Positions 1 to 9,659 of a stretch of DNA of 64,000 nucleotides are shown here, in pieces; within the stretch, counting starts at the first letter, position 1, and each line of letters starts with the position of its first letter. This DNA comes from Lachnospiraceae bacterium (GTDB lineage: Bacteria > Bacillota > Clostridia > Lachnospirales > Lachnospiraceae). The notes under the pieces are model-generated. The model ran no database searches. It was not told where the DNA came from and saw only the letters and a program-made list of their open reading frames with translations. The DNA lies in the NCBI GenBank assembly GCA_045627905.1, contig JAZQOO010000006.1:6301-70300 (forward strand), in the 5' to 3' direction. The position numbers and the translations under genes are program-made.

Positions 1-780
1 GAACCACCAAAACCGGCAGCGGCGTGGATGAGTACCTTCTCAGATCTGATGAATCTGTTGCTTTGCTTCTTCGTATTGCTTTTCTCTATGTCAACAATCG
101 ATGCGCAGAAGTTTGAACAGTTAGCAGCATCTTTTTCAGAGAGCTTCAGTATTTTTCAGGCTGGTTCAACATCTATTGGCGAGGGATTACTTGTCGGTAA
201 TGGTGTGATGCAGCTTAATCAGCTTGATGAATATATGAATACAATGGGTAAAGAGGTTGAGGAGTCAGAAGAGGAAGAGGATCCTTTAGAAGAGCTTAAA
301 GAAGAACAGCTTGAGACTTCAGAGGAGCTTGCTGAACTCATAGAGGAAATGGTTATCGAACAAAATCTTGAAAAGGAAGTCGACATTGACTTTACTTCAC
401 AGTATGTTTCGCTAACATTAAATGGTGGAATATTATTTGACTCAGGTAAAGACTCACTTAAGCCTGAATCGTATGATATTCTCGATAAAATAGGACTCAT
501 TCTTGAGAAGTATGCAAAATCAGTAATAGAGGTTGAAGGCCACACTGATAACGTACCTATTCATACAGCAAGATTTAGAAATAATAATGAGCTTTCAAGT
601 GCCAGAGCTTTGTCGGTGTTTGATTATTTTGTGGAACATACAACACTTGACCCTGCGAATATTAAACATTCAGGCAGAGGTGAGTATATCCCGATAGCGG
701 ACAATTCGACACCTGAGGGACGAACTAAAAACAGACGTGTTGAGATTAAAATATATCATAATCTCAGTACATATGAATAA
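1..780 (+). CDS. motB: Flagellar stator protein MotB (OmpA-like C-terminal domain); 5' end lies upstream of the window
   Basis: Frame 1 is open from nt 1 (EPPKPAAAWMSTFSDLMNLLLCFFVLLF, the MotB N-terminal/TM motif). The C-terminus has the OmpA-like signature EGHTDNVPI...NNELSSARA...NRRVEI. It lies directly upstream of fliL-fliM-fliY. Confidence 0.85.
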   Translation, partial: EPPKPAAAWMSTFSDLMNLLLCFFVLLFSMSTIDAQKFEQLAASFSESFSIFQAGSTSIGEGLLVGNGVMQLNQLDEYMNTMGKEVEESEEEEDPLEELKEEQLETSEELAELIEEMVIEQNLEKEVDIDFTSQYVSLTLNGGILFDSGKDSLKPESYDILDKIGLILEKYAKSVIEVEGHTDNVPIHTARFRNNNELSSARALSVFDYFVEHTTLDPANIKHSGRGEYIPIADNSTPEGRTKNRRVEIKIYHNLSTYE

Positions 781-809
781 AATATAAGTTAGAAAAACGA
801 GGAATTACA

Positions 810-1334
810 ATGAAGAAGAACCTTTTATCAATAGTTATTCTTGCATTATTGATTGTCAATACAGCGCTGACTGGCGTAATAATGTTTTCGACAATAAGTA
901 CAAATAATAAAACAGCAGCTCTTGTAAGTGATATTGCATCAGTTCTTGATTTAGAACTTAATTATCAGCCACAGATAGCTGGAAGCAATCCAGGTGGTGC
1001 TGTTGCAATCGCTGATACAGCAGTTTATAACATTGAAGATTCACTTACAGTAGCTCTTAAGCCAAGTGGAGATGGAAAAGAACATTATGCAATGTGTCAG
1101 GTTTCCTTCTCTATGAATACAAAGGATGAGGATTATGCTAAATATGCTGAAATGATGGCACAGCAGGAAAGTAAAATCAGAAGCATTATCATTAGTGTAA
1201 TCAGTCAGTACACAAAGGAAGAAGCTATGGCTGATCAGGCAGCGATTGAAGCAAGTATATTATCAGAGGTTCAGTCGATGTTTAAGTCAAGATTTATATT
1301 TGAAGCATATTTTAGAGATATTAAGTTCCAGTAA
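810..1334 (+). CDS. fliL: Flagellar basal-body-associated protein FliL
   Basis: About 170 aa with a single N-terminal TM helix, in the conserved position between motB and fliM. GAGGA RBS upstream. Confidence 0.7.
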   Translation: MKKNLLSIVILALLIVNTALTGVIMFSTISTNNKTAALVSDIASVLDLELNYQPQIAGSNPGGAVAIADTAVYNIEDSLTVALKPSGDGKEHYAMCQVSFSMNTKDEDYAKYAEMMAQQESKIRSIIISVISQYTKEEAMADQAAIEASILSEVQSMFKSRFIFEAYFRDIKFQ

Positions 1335-1356
1335 AATTATTTAACAGAGGTTAGCA

Positions 1357-2337
1357 ATGGGTGAGGTACTATCACAAAATGAAATAGACAGTCTGTTGCA
1401 GGCACTGAGTACTGGAGAACTTGATGCTGATGATATCAGCAACATTGATGAAAAACCGGCGAAAAACTATGACTTTAGAAGACCGGCTAAGTTCTCAAAG
1501 GAACACTTAAGAACACTTGAAATTATTTTCGAGCATTACGGACGACTTTTATCTACGAATCTTCCAGTATATTTAAGAAAAAATATACAGGTAACAGTCG
1601 TAAACTCCGAAGCCTGTACATTCTCAGAGTTTTCGACGGCGCTTGCGAATCCGGTTCTTCTGTCGGTAGTTAATTTTTCTCCGTTAAACGGCAGTGTTAT
1701 TATGGAACTTGCAGCGAATCTTGGATTTGCGATGATTGACAGAATGCTTGGAGGTCCAGGTAATCCGTTAGATAAAAACAGAGATTTTTCTGAAATTGAA
1801 AGATCGATTATTGATAAAATTATAGTGGTGTGTGTTCAGCTTCTAAGAGAGCCATGGAAAAACGTTATAGAGATTGATCCATATCTTGAACGAGTTGAGA
1901 CTAATCCACAGTTCGCGCAGATTATCGCACCGAGTGAAATGATTGCGATTGTTACACTCAGTATTAAGATAGGTGATGTTGAAGGTCTTATGAATATATG
2001 TCTTCCATATTTCACATTGGAAAGTGTAATGGATAAGCTGAATACAAAGTACTGGTTCGCATCCATGAAGGAAAATAACGAAGACAATTATGAAGACTAC
2101 ATTGAGACTATTGTCAGAAAGGTCAGCATGCCTATTAAGGCTATACTTGGTAAGTCAAGTATTACAGTCAGCGATTTTGCCAACCTGCAAAGAGGTGACA
2201 TTATTAAGCTCAATTCGAAGGTTGAGAATGAAATGGACATCTATGTTGGTAATCTTAAGAAATTCAAAGCTCTGCCAGGTACATCGAAGGATGCTTATGC
2301 GGTGAGAGTTACTTCAGTAATAAGAGAGGAGGATTAG
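1357..2337 (+). CDS. fliM: Flagellar motor switch protein FliM
   Basis: N-terminal CheY-P binding motif (LSQNEIDSLL), a FliM middle domain, and a C-terminal SpoA/FliN-like segment. Confidence 0.9.
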   Translation: MGEVLSQNEIDSLLQALSTGELDADDISNIDEKPAKNYDFRRPAKFSKEHLRTLEIIFEHYGRLLSTNLPVYLRKNIQVTVVNSEACTFSEFSTALANPVLLSVVNFSPLNGSVIMELAANLGFAMIDRMLGGPGNPLDKNRDFSEIERSIIDKIIVVCVQLLREPWKNVIEIDPYLERVETNPQFAQIIAPSEMIAIVTLSIKIGDVEGLMNICLPYFTLESVMDKLNTKYWFASMKENNEDNYEDYIETIVRKVSMPIKAILGKSSITVSDFANLQRGDIIKLNSKVENEMDIYVGNLKKFKALPGTSKDAYAVRVTSVIREED

Positions 2338-2341
2338 CGTT

Positions 2342-3571
2342 ATGGAAGGTATGTTATCCCAGGAAGAGATAAACGCCTTACTAAATGGTATGTCTGCCGG
2401 GGCAGATGATGCACCAGCAGCAGATGCGGGTTCGTCAGATTCCGGAAGTACAGAATCAACATCAAGTGCAGACCAGACACTTTTAACAGATGTTGAGAAA
2501 GATGCCATTGGTGAAGTTGCAAATATCAGCATGGGATCATCAGCAACAACACTATATTCCTTGGTTAACCGTAAGGTTAATATTACGACTCCTGTTGTTT
2601 CGCTAGCAATATGGGATGAGATCGTAGAAGATTACGAAAAACCTTGCGTATTTATTAAAATTAAATACACAGTTGGTCTTGAAGGTACAAACATTCTTAT
2701 TCTTAAGGAATCTGATGTTAAAATAATTACAGACCTTATGATGGGTGGAGATGGTACAAATACCGATGGCGAGTTAGGAGAATTACACCTGAGTGCTATT
2801 TGTGAAGCAATGAACCAGATGATGGGTTCATCTGCAACGAGCCTTTCATCCATGCTTGGAAGAATGATTGATATCTCACCTCCTGAAGCAAGTCTTGTAA
2901 ATATTGATTCGTTTGGAAAAGGTGAAGACATCTCTCCATTCCTTGGAGGTACGTTTGTACGAATCACATTCAGAATGCAGATTGGCGATTTGGTAGATTC
3001 AAAGATTATGCAGCTTTATCCTATTGATTTTGCTAAATCACTGTATGACTTCTTTATGGATTCAAAGGAGCCAGAACCAGAACCAGCAGCCCCAGCGCCA
3101 CCACCAATGCCAGCAGCGGCACCTATGGGAGCGCCAGCAATGGGAATGCCTGATCCTAATATGGGAATGGGTATGAACATGGGAATGGGCATGGGAATGC
3201 CAATGCAGCAGCCACCAATGGGAATGGGCATGGGAATGCCAATGCAGCAGCCAGCGATGGGAATGGGAATGCCAAATGTAAATGTTCAGGCAGCGTCATT
3301 CTCACCATTCTCAAATGATATAGGTGCGATGCAGTCAACCGAGAACATTTCGCTTATTAAAGATGTTCCGCTCGAGGTTACTGTTGAGTTAGGAAGAACA
3401 CATAAGGCAATTTCAGATATTCTTGATTTTGCCCCAGGTACAATTATTGAGCTTGATAAGATTGCAGGTGAACCTGTAGATGTTTTAGTAAATGGTAAGC
3501 TTGTAGCAAAAGGTGAAGTAGTTGTTATTGAAGAAAATTTCGGTATAAGAGTTACGGAAATCGTAAACTAG
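2342..3571 (+). CDS. fliY: Flagellar motor switch phosphatase FliY (CheC-like domain + FliN/SpoA C-terminus) with a Met/Gly/Pro/Gln-rich linker
   Basis: N-terminal LSQEEINALL peptide, CheC-like EKDAIGEVANISMGSSAT and AICEAMNQMMGSSAT motifs, and a C-terminal FliN-like VTVELGR...IIELDK...VDVLVNGKLVAKGEVVV. Confidence 0.85.
   Translation: MEGMLSQEEINALLNGMSAGADDAPAADAGSSDSGSTESTSSADQTLLTDVEKDAIGEVANISMGSSATTLYSLVNRKVNITTPVVSLAIWDEIVEDYEKPCVFIKIKYTVGLEGTNILILKESDVKIITDLMMGGDGTNTDGELGELHLSAICEAMNQMMGSSATSLSSMLGRMIDISPPEASLVNIDSFGKGEDISPFLGGTFVRITFRMQIGDLVDSKIMQLYPIDFAKSLYDFFMDSKEPEPEPAAPAPPPMPAAAPMGAPAMGMPDPNMGMGMNMGMGMGMPMQQPPMGMGMGMPMQQPAMGMGMPNVNVQAASFSPFSNDIGAMQSTENISLIKDVPLEVTVELGRTHKAISDILDFAPGTIIELDKIAGEPVDVLVNGKLVAKGEVVVIEENFGIRVTEIVN
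3179..3253 (+). repeat. Perfect 36-nt direct repeat x2 (3-nt spacer) encoding MGMGMGMPMQQP inside the fliY linker
   Basis: atgggaatgggcatgggaatgccaatgcagcagcca occurs at 3179-3214 and again at 3218-3253. Confidence 0.9.
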
Positions 3572-3634
3572 CCGAAAAAATAAATTAGAAACCCAATTAA
3601 TATTAATTAAGGTATAAATAAGGAGAAAGAAAAA

Positions 3635-3997
3635 ATGGCAAAAAACATTTTAATTTGTGATGATGCAGCTTTCATGCGTATGATGATTAAGGATATCCTT
3701 ACAAAGAACGGCTACAACGTTGCAGGTGAGGCAGAAAATGGAGCAAAGGCTGTAGAAAAGTATAACGAACTTAAGCCTGATTTAGTTCTCATGGATATTA
3801 CAATGCCTGAAATGGATGGTATCCAGGCTCTTAAGAAGATTAAAGAGCAGGACAGTTCTGCGCTTGTTATTATGTGTTCTGCTATGGGACAGCAGGCAAT
3901 GGTTATTGAGTCTATCCAGGCTGGTGCAAAGGACTTCATAGTTAAGCCATTCCAGGCTGATAGAGTTATTGAAGCAGTCAAGAAGGTAGTTGGCTAA
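3635..3997 (+). CDS. cheY: Chemotaxis response regulator CheY
   Basis: 120-aa single receiver domain (ILICDDAAFMR...DLVLMDITMPEMDG...KPF). Strong AGGAGA RBS. Same position as cheY in the B. subtilis fla/che operon. Confidence 0.85.
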   Translation: MAKNILICDDAAFMRMMIKDILTKNGYNVAGEAENGAKAVEKYNELKPDLVLMDITMPEMDGIQALKKIKEQDSSALVIMCSAMGQQAMVIESIQAGAKDFIVKPFQADRVIEAVKKVVG

Positions 3998-4003
3998 TTT
4001 CAA

Positions 4004-4390
4004 ATGAGAATAATACTTTTAAAGGCGTCTTCAGCCGACAGTTTCGTTCAGTTATGTACTGTTCTGGTTTTGTTTGCCTTTGTTCTTTGTGTGACCTATT
4101 TTACTACACGATTTGTAGGCAGCATTCAAAACGTACAGGGAAAAAACAGAAATTTTGAGTTAATAGAGGTTTTTAGACTCTCTAATTCTGTTTGCCTGCA
4201 GCTTGTGAGAACAGGGAAAAGATACTTCGTAATTGCAGTTTCTAAGGAACAGGCGAATGTTATAGCTGAACTTAACGAAGATGAGTTTATTAAAATTCGT
4301 GATAACAATGACAATGCAGGTGAAAAGTTTTCACAGCTGTTTATGAAGGCTAAAGACCGTCTTTTAAATAAAGGCGAAGACAATGAATAG
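4004..4390 (+). CDS. fliO: Flagellar biosynthesis protein FliO/FliZ
   Basis: Small single-TM protein directly upstream of, and overlapping, fliP. The call rests on position and architecture. Confidence 0.55.
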   Translation: MRIILLKASSADSFVQLCTVLVLFAFVLCVTYFTTRFVGSIQNVQGKNRNFELIEVFRLSNSVCLQLVRTGKRYFVIAVSKEQANVIAELNEDEFIKIRDNNDNAGEKFSQLFMKAKDRLLNKGEDNE

Positions 4391-5273
4391 ATTTTTTCAG
4401 ACGATAAGCAAAAGACTAATACTCTTTTGCTTTATTGCGTGTTTATCGGGGCTACCAGTATTCTTCGGAATAAATGTACATGCGGCTGAGCGTACAGTAG
4501 ACAGGGATGCCATAGGTATGCCGGGAGAATCAAGCTATTCGTCCCCAACTGTTATTGACAGACCTGGTACAGCAGAGAGTAGGGAAGATTTAAGAGACTT
4601 AAATGTTTCAAATTCTTTAACTATCACATATGATAATAATGAAGGGTCTTTGGCAGGTGCACTCAGGATATTAATTACGCTTACTTTAGTAGCGTTAATT
4701 CCTACGATTCTCCTGATGATGACTTCTTTTACAAGAATACTCATTGTTTTTCATTTTTTGAGGACTGCTATAGGAACGCAAACGGCACCACCTAATCAGG
4801 TGATAATTGGGCTATCATTATTTTTAACGCTATTCATTATGAATCCTGTTCTTACTGAAATTAATGATACAGCCTTAAAGCCATTTGAGGCTCAGGAAAT
4901 AGATCAGGATGAATTTTTTGAAAAAGCCCTTGTTCCACTGCGAGAGTTTATGTATGGTCAGACTCAGAAAAAGGATGTAAGACTCTTTATGGATATTCAG
5001 AAAATAGAAAGCGTTGAAACTATTGATGATATTCCAACACAGGTTTTAGTGCCAGCATTTATGATAAGTGAGTTAAGAACAGCATTCATTATTGGGTTCC
5101 TTTTGTACATTCCGTTTATCATAATTGATATGGTAGTGGCATCTACGCTTATGTCAATGGGTATGATGATGTTGCCACCGACAACTATTTCTACACCATT
5201 TAAAATACTTTTGTTTGTGTTAGTTGATGGATGGGGACTTGTTATTGGTAATCTGGTAAAAACGTTTTATTAA
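4383..5273 (+). CDS. fliP: Flagellar export apparatus protein FliP
   Basis: Signal-like N-terminus, then conserved FliP segments (LTLVALIPTILLMMTSFTRILIVF..LR.A.GTQ..PPNQV; GMMMLPP). Confidence 0.9.
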   Translation: MNRFFQTISKRLILFCFIACLSGLPVFFGINVHAAERTVDRDAIGMPGESSYSSPTVIDRPGTAESREDLRDLNVSNSLTITYDNNEGSLAGALRILITLTLVALIPTILLMMTSFTRILIVFHFLRTAIGTQTAPPNQVIIGLSLFLTLFIMNPVLTEINDTALKPFEAQEIDQDEFFEKALVPLREFMYGQTQKKDVRLFMDIQKIESVETIDDIPTQVLVPAFMISELRTAFIIGFLLYIPFIIIDMVVASTLMSMGMMMLPPTTISTPFKILLFVLVDGWGLVIGNLVKTFY

Positions 5274-5283
5274 ATGAGGATAT

Positions 5284-5556
5284 GTGATGACAGTAGATGA
5301 CGTTACAGCAATTATTAGAGCAGCTCTGTATGAGGTAATTATTAATTCGGCACCGATGCTAGTCGTATCTTTGATAGTAGGACTTGCAGTAAGTATTTTT
5401 CAGACGGTTACGTCAATCCAGGAACAGACGCTTACATTTGTTCCTAAAATATTATCAATTTTTGCCACAATAATGCTTGTGGGGCACTGGATTATGACTA
5501 ACATGAATGATTATACGGAGGGTCTTTGGAACAGTTTTGCAATATATATACACTAA
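5284..5556 (+). CDS. fliQ: Flagellar export apparatus protein FliQ
   Basis: About 90 aa with two TM segments and a FliQ-like core (SIFQTVTSIQEQTLTFVPKI). GTG start, with an ATG one codon downstream. Confidence 0.85.
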   Translation: MMTVDDVTAIIRAALYEVIINSAPMLVVSLIVGLAVSIFQTVTSIQEQTLTFVPKILSIFATIMLVGHWIMTNMNDYTEGLWNSFAIYIH

Positions 5557-5581
5557 TAATAGCAAAGGAATGTATTTTTAA

Positions 5582-6364
5582 ATGATTGATTATGGTTTTT
5601 CGTATTCTGATTTAGAATATTTTCTTTTGGTTTTTGTGCGTATAAGCTGCTTTGTTTCAACGGCTCCCTTTTTTTCTATGAGCAATGTGCCAAGACAGTT
5701 TAAGGCAGGATTTGCATTTTGGGTAAGTGCCCTTGTTTACTATGCAATAGCACCTCATGAAGTAATTGAATACAGTTCGATTGTTTCCTTTTCACTTATT
5801 GTAATGAAGGAAGCATTTGCAGGAATTATTATTGGTCTTGGTGCCAATATATGTATGTCGATTCTTTCCTTTGCAGGAAAGATTTCGGACATGGAAGCTG
5901 GACTTTCTATGGTTCAGCTATTTGACCCTACGACAAGGGAAATGACAGGTTTTACAGGGAATATATATACATATGCTGTTACATTAATACTTATGGTAAC
6001 GAATATGCATCATATTATTTTAAAAACCTTTATAGATACATATACGCTTATCCCAATTGGAAGTGTTGTGTATAATTCGGGGAAAATAACGGACGTAGTA
6101 ATCAGATTTTTAGGAGATTATATATCGATAGCATTCAGGTTTTGCCTTCCTGTAGTTGCTGCGCTTATGATTTTAAATGCACTGCTTGGAATTATGGCAA
6201 AAACAACTCCGCAGATAAATATGTTTGCGGTTGGTATTCAGTTAAAGCTTTTACTTGGACTTTCGGTAATGTTTTTGACAGTATCGCTAATGCCAACATT
6301 GTCAGAATACATATTTAAAGAAATGCGATTCATGATGAATGCAATGATTGAAGCTCTTATGTGA
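5582..6364 (+). CDS. fliR: Flagellar export apparatus protein FliR
   Basis: 260-aa polytopic membrane protein between fliQ and flhB. Confidence 0.85.
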   Translation: MIDYGFSYSDLEYFLLVFVRISCFVSTAPFFSMSNVPRQFKAGFAFWVSALVYYAIAPHEVIEYSSIVSFSLIVMKEAFAGIIIGLGANICMSILSFAGKISDMEAGLSMVQLFDPTTREMTGFTGNIYTYAVTLILMVTNMHHIILKTFIDTYTLIPIGSVVYNSGKITDVVIRFLGDYISIAFRFCLPVVAALMILNALLGIMAKTTPQINMFAVGIQLKLLLGLSVMFLTVSLMPTLSEYIFKEMRFMMNAMIEALM

Positions 6365-7551
6365 GTATAAGCGTTATGACGAAGCAGGAATTATTATTTT
6401 TAGCAAATAGTAAATCATACATAGAATTAGACCTTCAGTTCTTTGCGAAAGAGGGGCCTGGTGGAGAAAAGACTGAACAGGCGACTGATAAAAAGTTAAA
6501 GGATGCAAGAGAAGAAGGTCAGGTTGCAAAAAGTAAGGAGCTTGGAAGTGCTGCGTTACTTTTTGCTTTATTTGTATCATTAAGAGCATATGCAGGGACT
6601 GTTGGAATAAACTTTCTTGAGACTTTTTCATTTATTTATTCTAAAATCCCTGAAATGACAAAGCTTATTGATGGTAATATTTCATCAAGGGACTTTTACG
6701 TTCTGTTTATCGACATTTTGCTTCTGGCACTCAAAATAATGGCTCCATTTTTGATAATTTCATTTGTAATGTGCTTTATAGCAGATTTGATTCAGGTTAA
6801 ATGGCAGCCAACAGCGAAAACACTTCAGCCAAAGCTTAGTAAATTAAATCCGATAAGTGGAGTGAAAAGGTTATTTTCAAAGGATAAGCTTGTTGAACTT
6901 CTTAAATCAGTTATAAAAATTGGTCTGTTAGGATATATGGGCTACGTTACTCTTATGGATGAGTATACTGTAATATTCAGACTATTTGATTTAGAGATAA
7001 TAGCTGCGATTCAAAGCATTGGAGAAATAGTAATCGACATGGGAATGCGAATGAGCTTCTTTTATCTGGTGCTTGCTATTGTTGATTACGGCTACCAGAA
7101 ATGGAAGTTCAACGAAGATATGAAGATGACGAAGCAGGAAGTCAAGGATGAAATGAAGAACTCTGAAGGAGATCCTCAGATTAAAGGACAGCAGCGTCGT
7201 CGAATGCAGGAAGCATCTAGAAGACGAATGATGCAGTCCGTTCCAGAGGCTGATGTAGTTATTACAAACCCAACACACTTTGCTGTAGCGCTTAGATATG
7301 ATCAGGATGCAGGGGATACGGCGCCATTTGTTGTTGCAAAGGGACAGGATTTTGTGGCAGCAAAAATCAAGGAAGTAGCAAAGGAGAATGGGGTTGAAAT
7401 AGTAGAAAATAAACCACTTGCAAGACAGTTATATGCAAATGTTGAGCTAGGGCAGGCTATACCGCCAGAATTATATCAGGAAGTTGCCACAATTCTTGCC
7501 TATGTATATGGAATGGGTAAGGATGCACAGGCACGAAGAAGAATATCTTAA
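6361..7551 (+). CDS. flhB: Flagellar export switch protein FlhB
   Basis: EKTEQATDKKLKDAREEGQVAKS N-terminus and the NPTH autocleavage motif (VVITNPTHFAVAL). The GTG at 6361 overlaps the fliR stop; the ATG at 6376 is an alternative start. Confidence 0.9.
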   Translation: MSISVMTKQELLFLANSKSYIELDLQFFAKEGPGGEKTEQATDKKLKDAREEGQVAKSKELGSAALLFALFVSLRAYAGTVGINFLETFSFIYSKIPEMTKLIDGNISSRDFYVLFIDILLLALKIMAPFLIISFVMCFIADLIQVKWQPTAKTLQPKLSKLNPISGVKRLFSKDKLVELLKSVIKIGLLGYMGYVTLMDEYTVIFRLFDLEIIAAIQSIGEIVIDMGMRMSFFYLVLAIVDYGYQKWKFNEDMKMTKQEVKDEMKNSEGDPQIKGQQRRRMQEASRRRMMQSVPEADVVITNPTHFAVALRYDQDAGDTAPFVVAKGQDFVAAKIKEVAKENGVEIVENKPLARQLYANVELGQAIPPELYQEVATILAYVYGMGKDAQARRRIS

Positions 7552-7577
7552 AATAATGAGAGGGGAGGGAAGTAAAG

Positions 7578-9632
7578 ATGGCTTTTTTGAAAAAAATGTC
7601 AATTGCAGACATTGGTGTTGCAATATATATTCTTGCAGCCTTTGTATTCTTTATTATTCCTATTCCTTCAGTATTACTTGATGTATGTCTTGCTCTTAAT
7701 ATATCGATAGCGTTTGTAATATTATTTAACACTATGTTTGCAAAAGAAGTACTTGATATGTCATTTTTCCCGACATTACTTCTTTTTACAACTATTTTTA
7801 GAATTTCACTTAACGTTTCATCAACAAGACTTATTTTGTCTACAGGTTCTCCGGGAAACGTCGTTGAGACATTCGGGCAGTTCGTTGGTGGCGGTGATTT
7901 AGTTATTGGTGGAATTGTATTTATAATTCTTATTCTTATTCAGTTCATGGTTATCAACAAAGGTTCTGAGCGAGTTGCCGAAGTAACTGCCAGATTTACT
8001 CTTGATGCTATGCCAGGTAAGCAGATGGCTATTGACGCCGACTTAAATACTGGTGCGATTACTGATGAAGAAGCAAAGCAAAGAAGAGCTAAGATTCAGG
8101 AAGAATCGAGCTTTTTCGGTAACATGGACGGTGCTGTTAAGTACGTAAAGGGAGATGCAACAGCGGGTCTTATTATTACAGCCGTTAACCTTGTCGGTGG
8201 AATTGTCATGGGTGTGACAAGAGGCGGAATGAGCGTAAACGATGCTCTCAATATGTATGCTATTCTTACCATTGGTGATGGATTATGCTCACAGATTCCA
8301 TCTCTGTTAATATCACTCTCAACTGGTATTCTTGTAACTAAGGGTGCAAAGGAAGCGGATACTGGTTCAATTCTCGTAAAACAGTTATTTGGACTTCCAA
8401 AGCCACTTTATTTTGTAGGTGCAACGTTAGCGTTTCTTGGACTTGTGACACCTCTTAATACAATACTTTTTGTCAGCTTTGGTATGATATTTATCGTAAC
8501 GGGTAGAATGATGGCAAGCTCAATCGAGGAGGCAAAGGTTGAAGAGGCTGTTGATACAGAAGAGGTTGAGGCTGATGAAGTGAGAAAGCCGGAAAATGTT
8601 GTATCGCTTTTACAGGTTGACCCGATTGAACTTGAGTTTGGTTACGGAATTATTCCACTTGCCGATGTAAATCAGGGTGGTGACTTGCTTGATAGAGTCG
8701 TAATGATACGTAGACAGGTGGCAATTGAGCTTGGTACGGTTGTACCAATTATTCGACTTAGAGATAATATTCAGCTTAATCCTAATCAGTATATTATTAA
8801 AATAAAAGGTATACAGGTAAGTGAAGGTGAAATTTTATTTGACCATTATATGGCAATGAATCCGGGATTTGTCGAGGAAGAAATAACAGGTATTCCGACA
8901 TTTGAGCCATCCTTCCATCTTCCAGCAATATGGATTACTGAATCGCAGAGAGAACGTGCAGAGATGCTTGGTTATACAGTTGTTGACCCACCATCTATTA
9001 TTGCAACACACCTTACTGAAATTATTAGAACACATATTTCTGAGCTTCTTACGCGTCAGGATGTTCAGAATCTTATTAATAACATTAAGGAATCAAATTC
9101 TACTCTTGTGGACGAGCTTACACCTAAGCTTCTCGGTATCGGTGAGATACAGAAGGTTTTACAAAACCTGCTTAAGGAAGGTATTTCTATAAGAGACTTA
9201 CTTACAATATTTGAAACATTAGCAGACCATGCGGTTGTTACAAGGGATACAGATGTACTTACGGAATATGTGAGACAGAGCCTGAAGCGTGCTATTTCAG
9301 CTAAATATTTTGCAATGAATGAGCCGACAAGTGTTGTTACACTAGACCCTCAGATAGAACAGGATATAATGGCCTCAGTTAAGCAGACTGAACAGGGAGC
9401 TTATCTTACATTGGACCCTGAAAAGACAAAGGCAATTATGAAGTCTGTCGAAACAGAGATTCAGAAGCTTGAAAATCTTGGAAAGATTCCAATGATTATT
9501 ACATCTCCAATTGTAAGAATGTACTTCAAGAAACTGACAGAGGACTATTTTAGAGACTTAGTAGTAGTTTCATATAATGAAATAGAGTCAAATGTTGAGT
9601 TACAGTCAGTTGGAATGGTAACAATCAAATAA
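7578..9632 (+). CDS. flhA: Flagellar export gate protein FlhA
   Basis: 684 aa with the conserved FHIPEP region (FPTLLLFTTIFRISLNVSSTRLIL; ERVAEVTARFTLDAMPGKQMAIDADL) and a cytoplasmic C-domain. Confidence 0.95.
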   Translation: MAFLKKMSIADIGVAIYILAAFVFFIIPIPSVLLDVCLALNISIAFVILFNTMFAKEVLDMSFFPTLLLFTTIFRISLNVSSTRLILSTGSPGNVVETFGQFVGGGDLVIGGIVFIILILIQFMVINKGSERVAEVTARFTLDAMPGKQMAIDADLNTGAITDEEAKQRRAKIQEESSFFGNMDGAVKYVKGDATAGLIITAVNLVGGIVMGVTRGGMSVNDALNMYAILTIGDGLCSQIPSLLISLSTGILVTKGAKEADTGSILVKQLFGLPKPLYFVGATLAFLGLVTPLNTILFVSFGMIFIVTGRMMASSIEEAKVEEAVDTEEVEADEVRKPENVVSLLQVDPIELEFGYGIIPLADVNQGGDLLDRVVMIRRQVAIELGTVVPIIRLRDNIQLNPNQYIIKIKGIQVSEGEILFDHYMAMNPGFVEEEITGIPTFEPSFHLPAIWITESQRERAEMLGYTVVDPPSIIATHLTEIIRTHISELLTRQDVQNLINNIKESNSTLVDELTPKLLGIGEIQKVLQNLLKEGISIRDLLTIFETLADHAVVTRDTDVLTEYVRQSLKRAISAKYFAMNEPTSVVTLDPQIEQDIMASVKQTEQGAYLTLDPEKTKAIMKSVETEIQKLENLGKIPMIITSPIVRMYFKKLTEDYFRDLVVVSYNEIESNVELQSVGMVTIK

Positions 9633-9659
9633 AATAAAAACAAATAAGCGGTAGTAATA

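Noticed and set aside
3016-3338. Minus-strand ORFs (71 and 60 aa) inside the fliY linker.
   Set aside because: They are shadows of the ATG/GGA-rich repeat. fliY is well supported on the plus strand.
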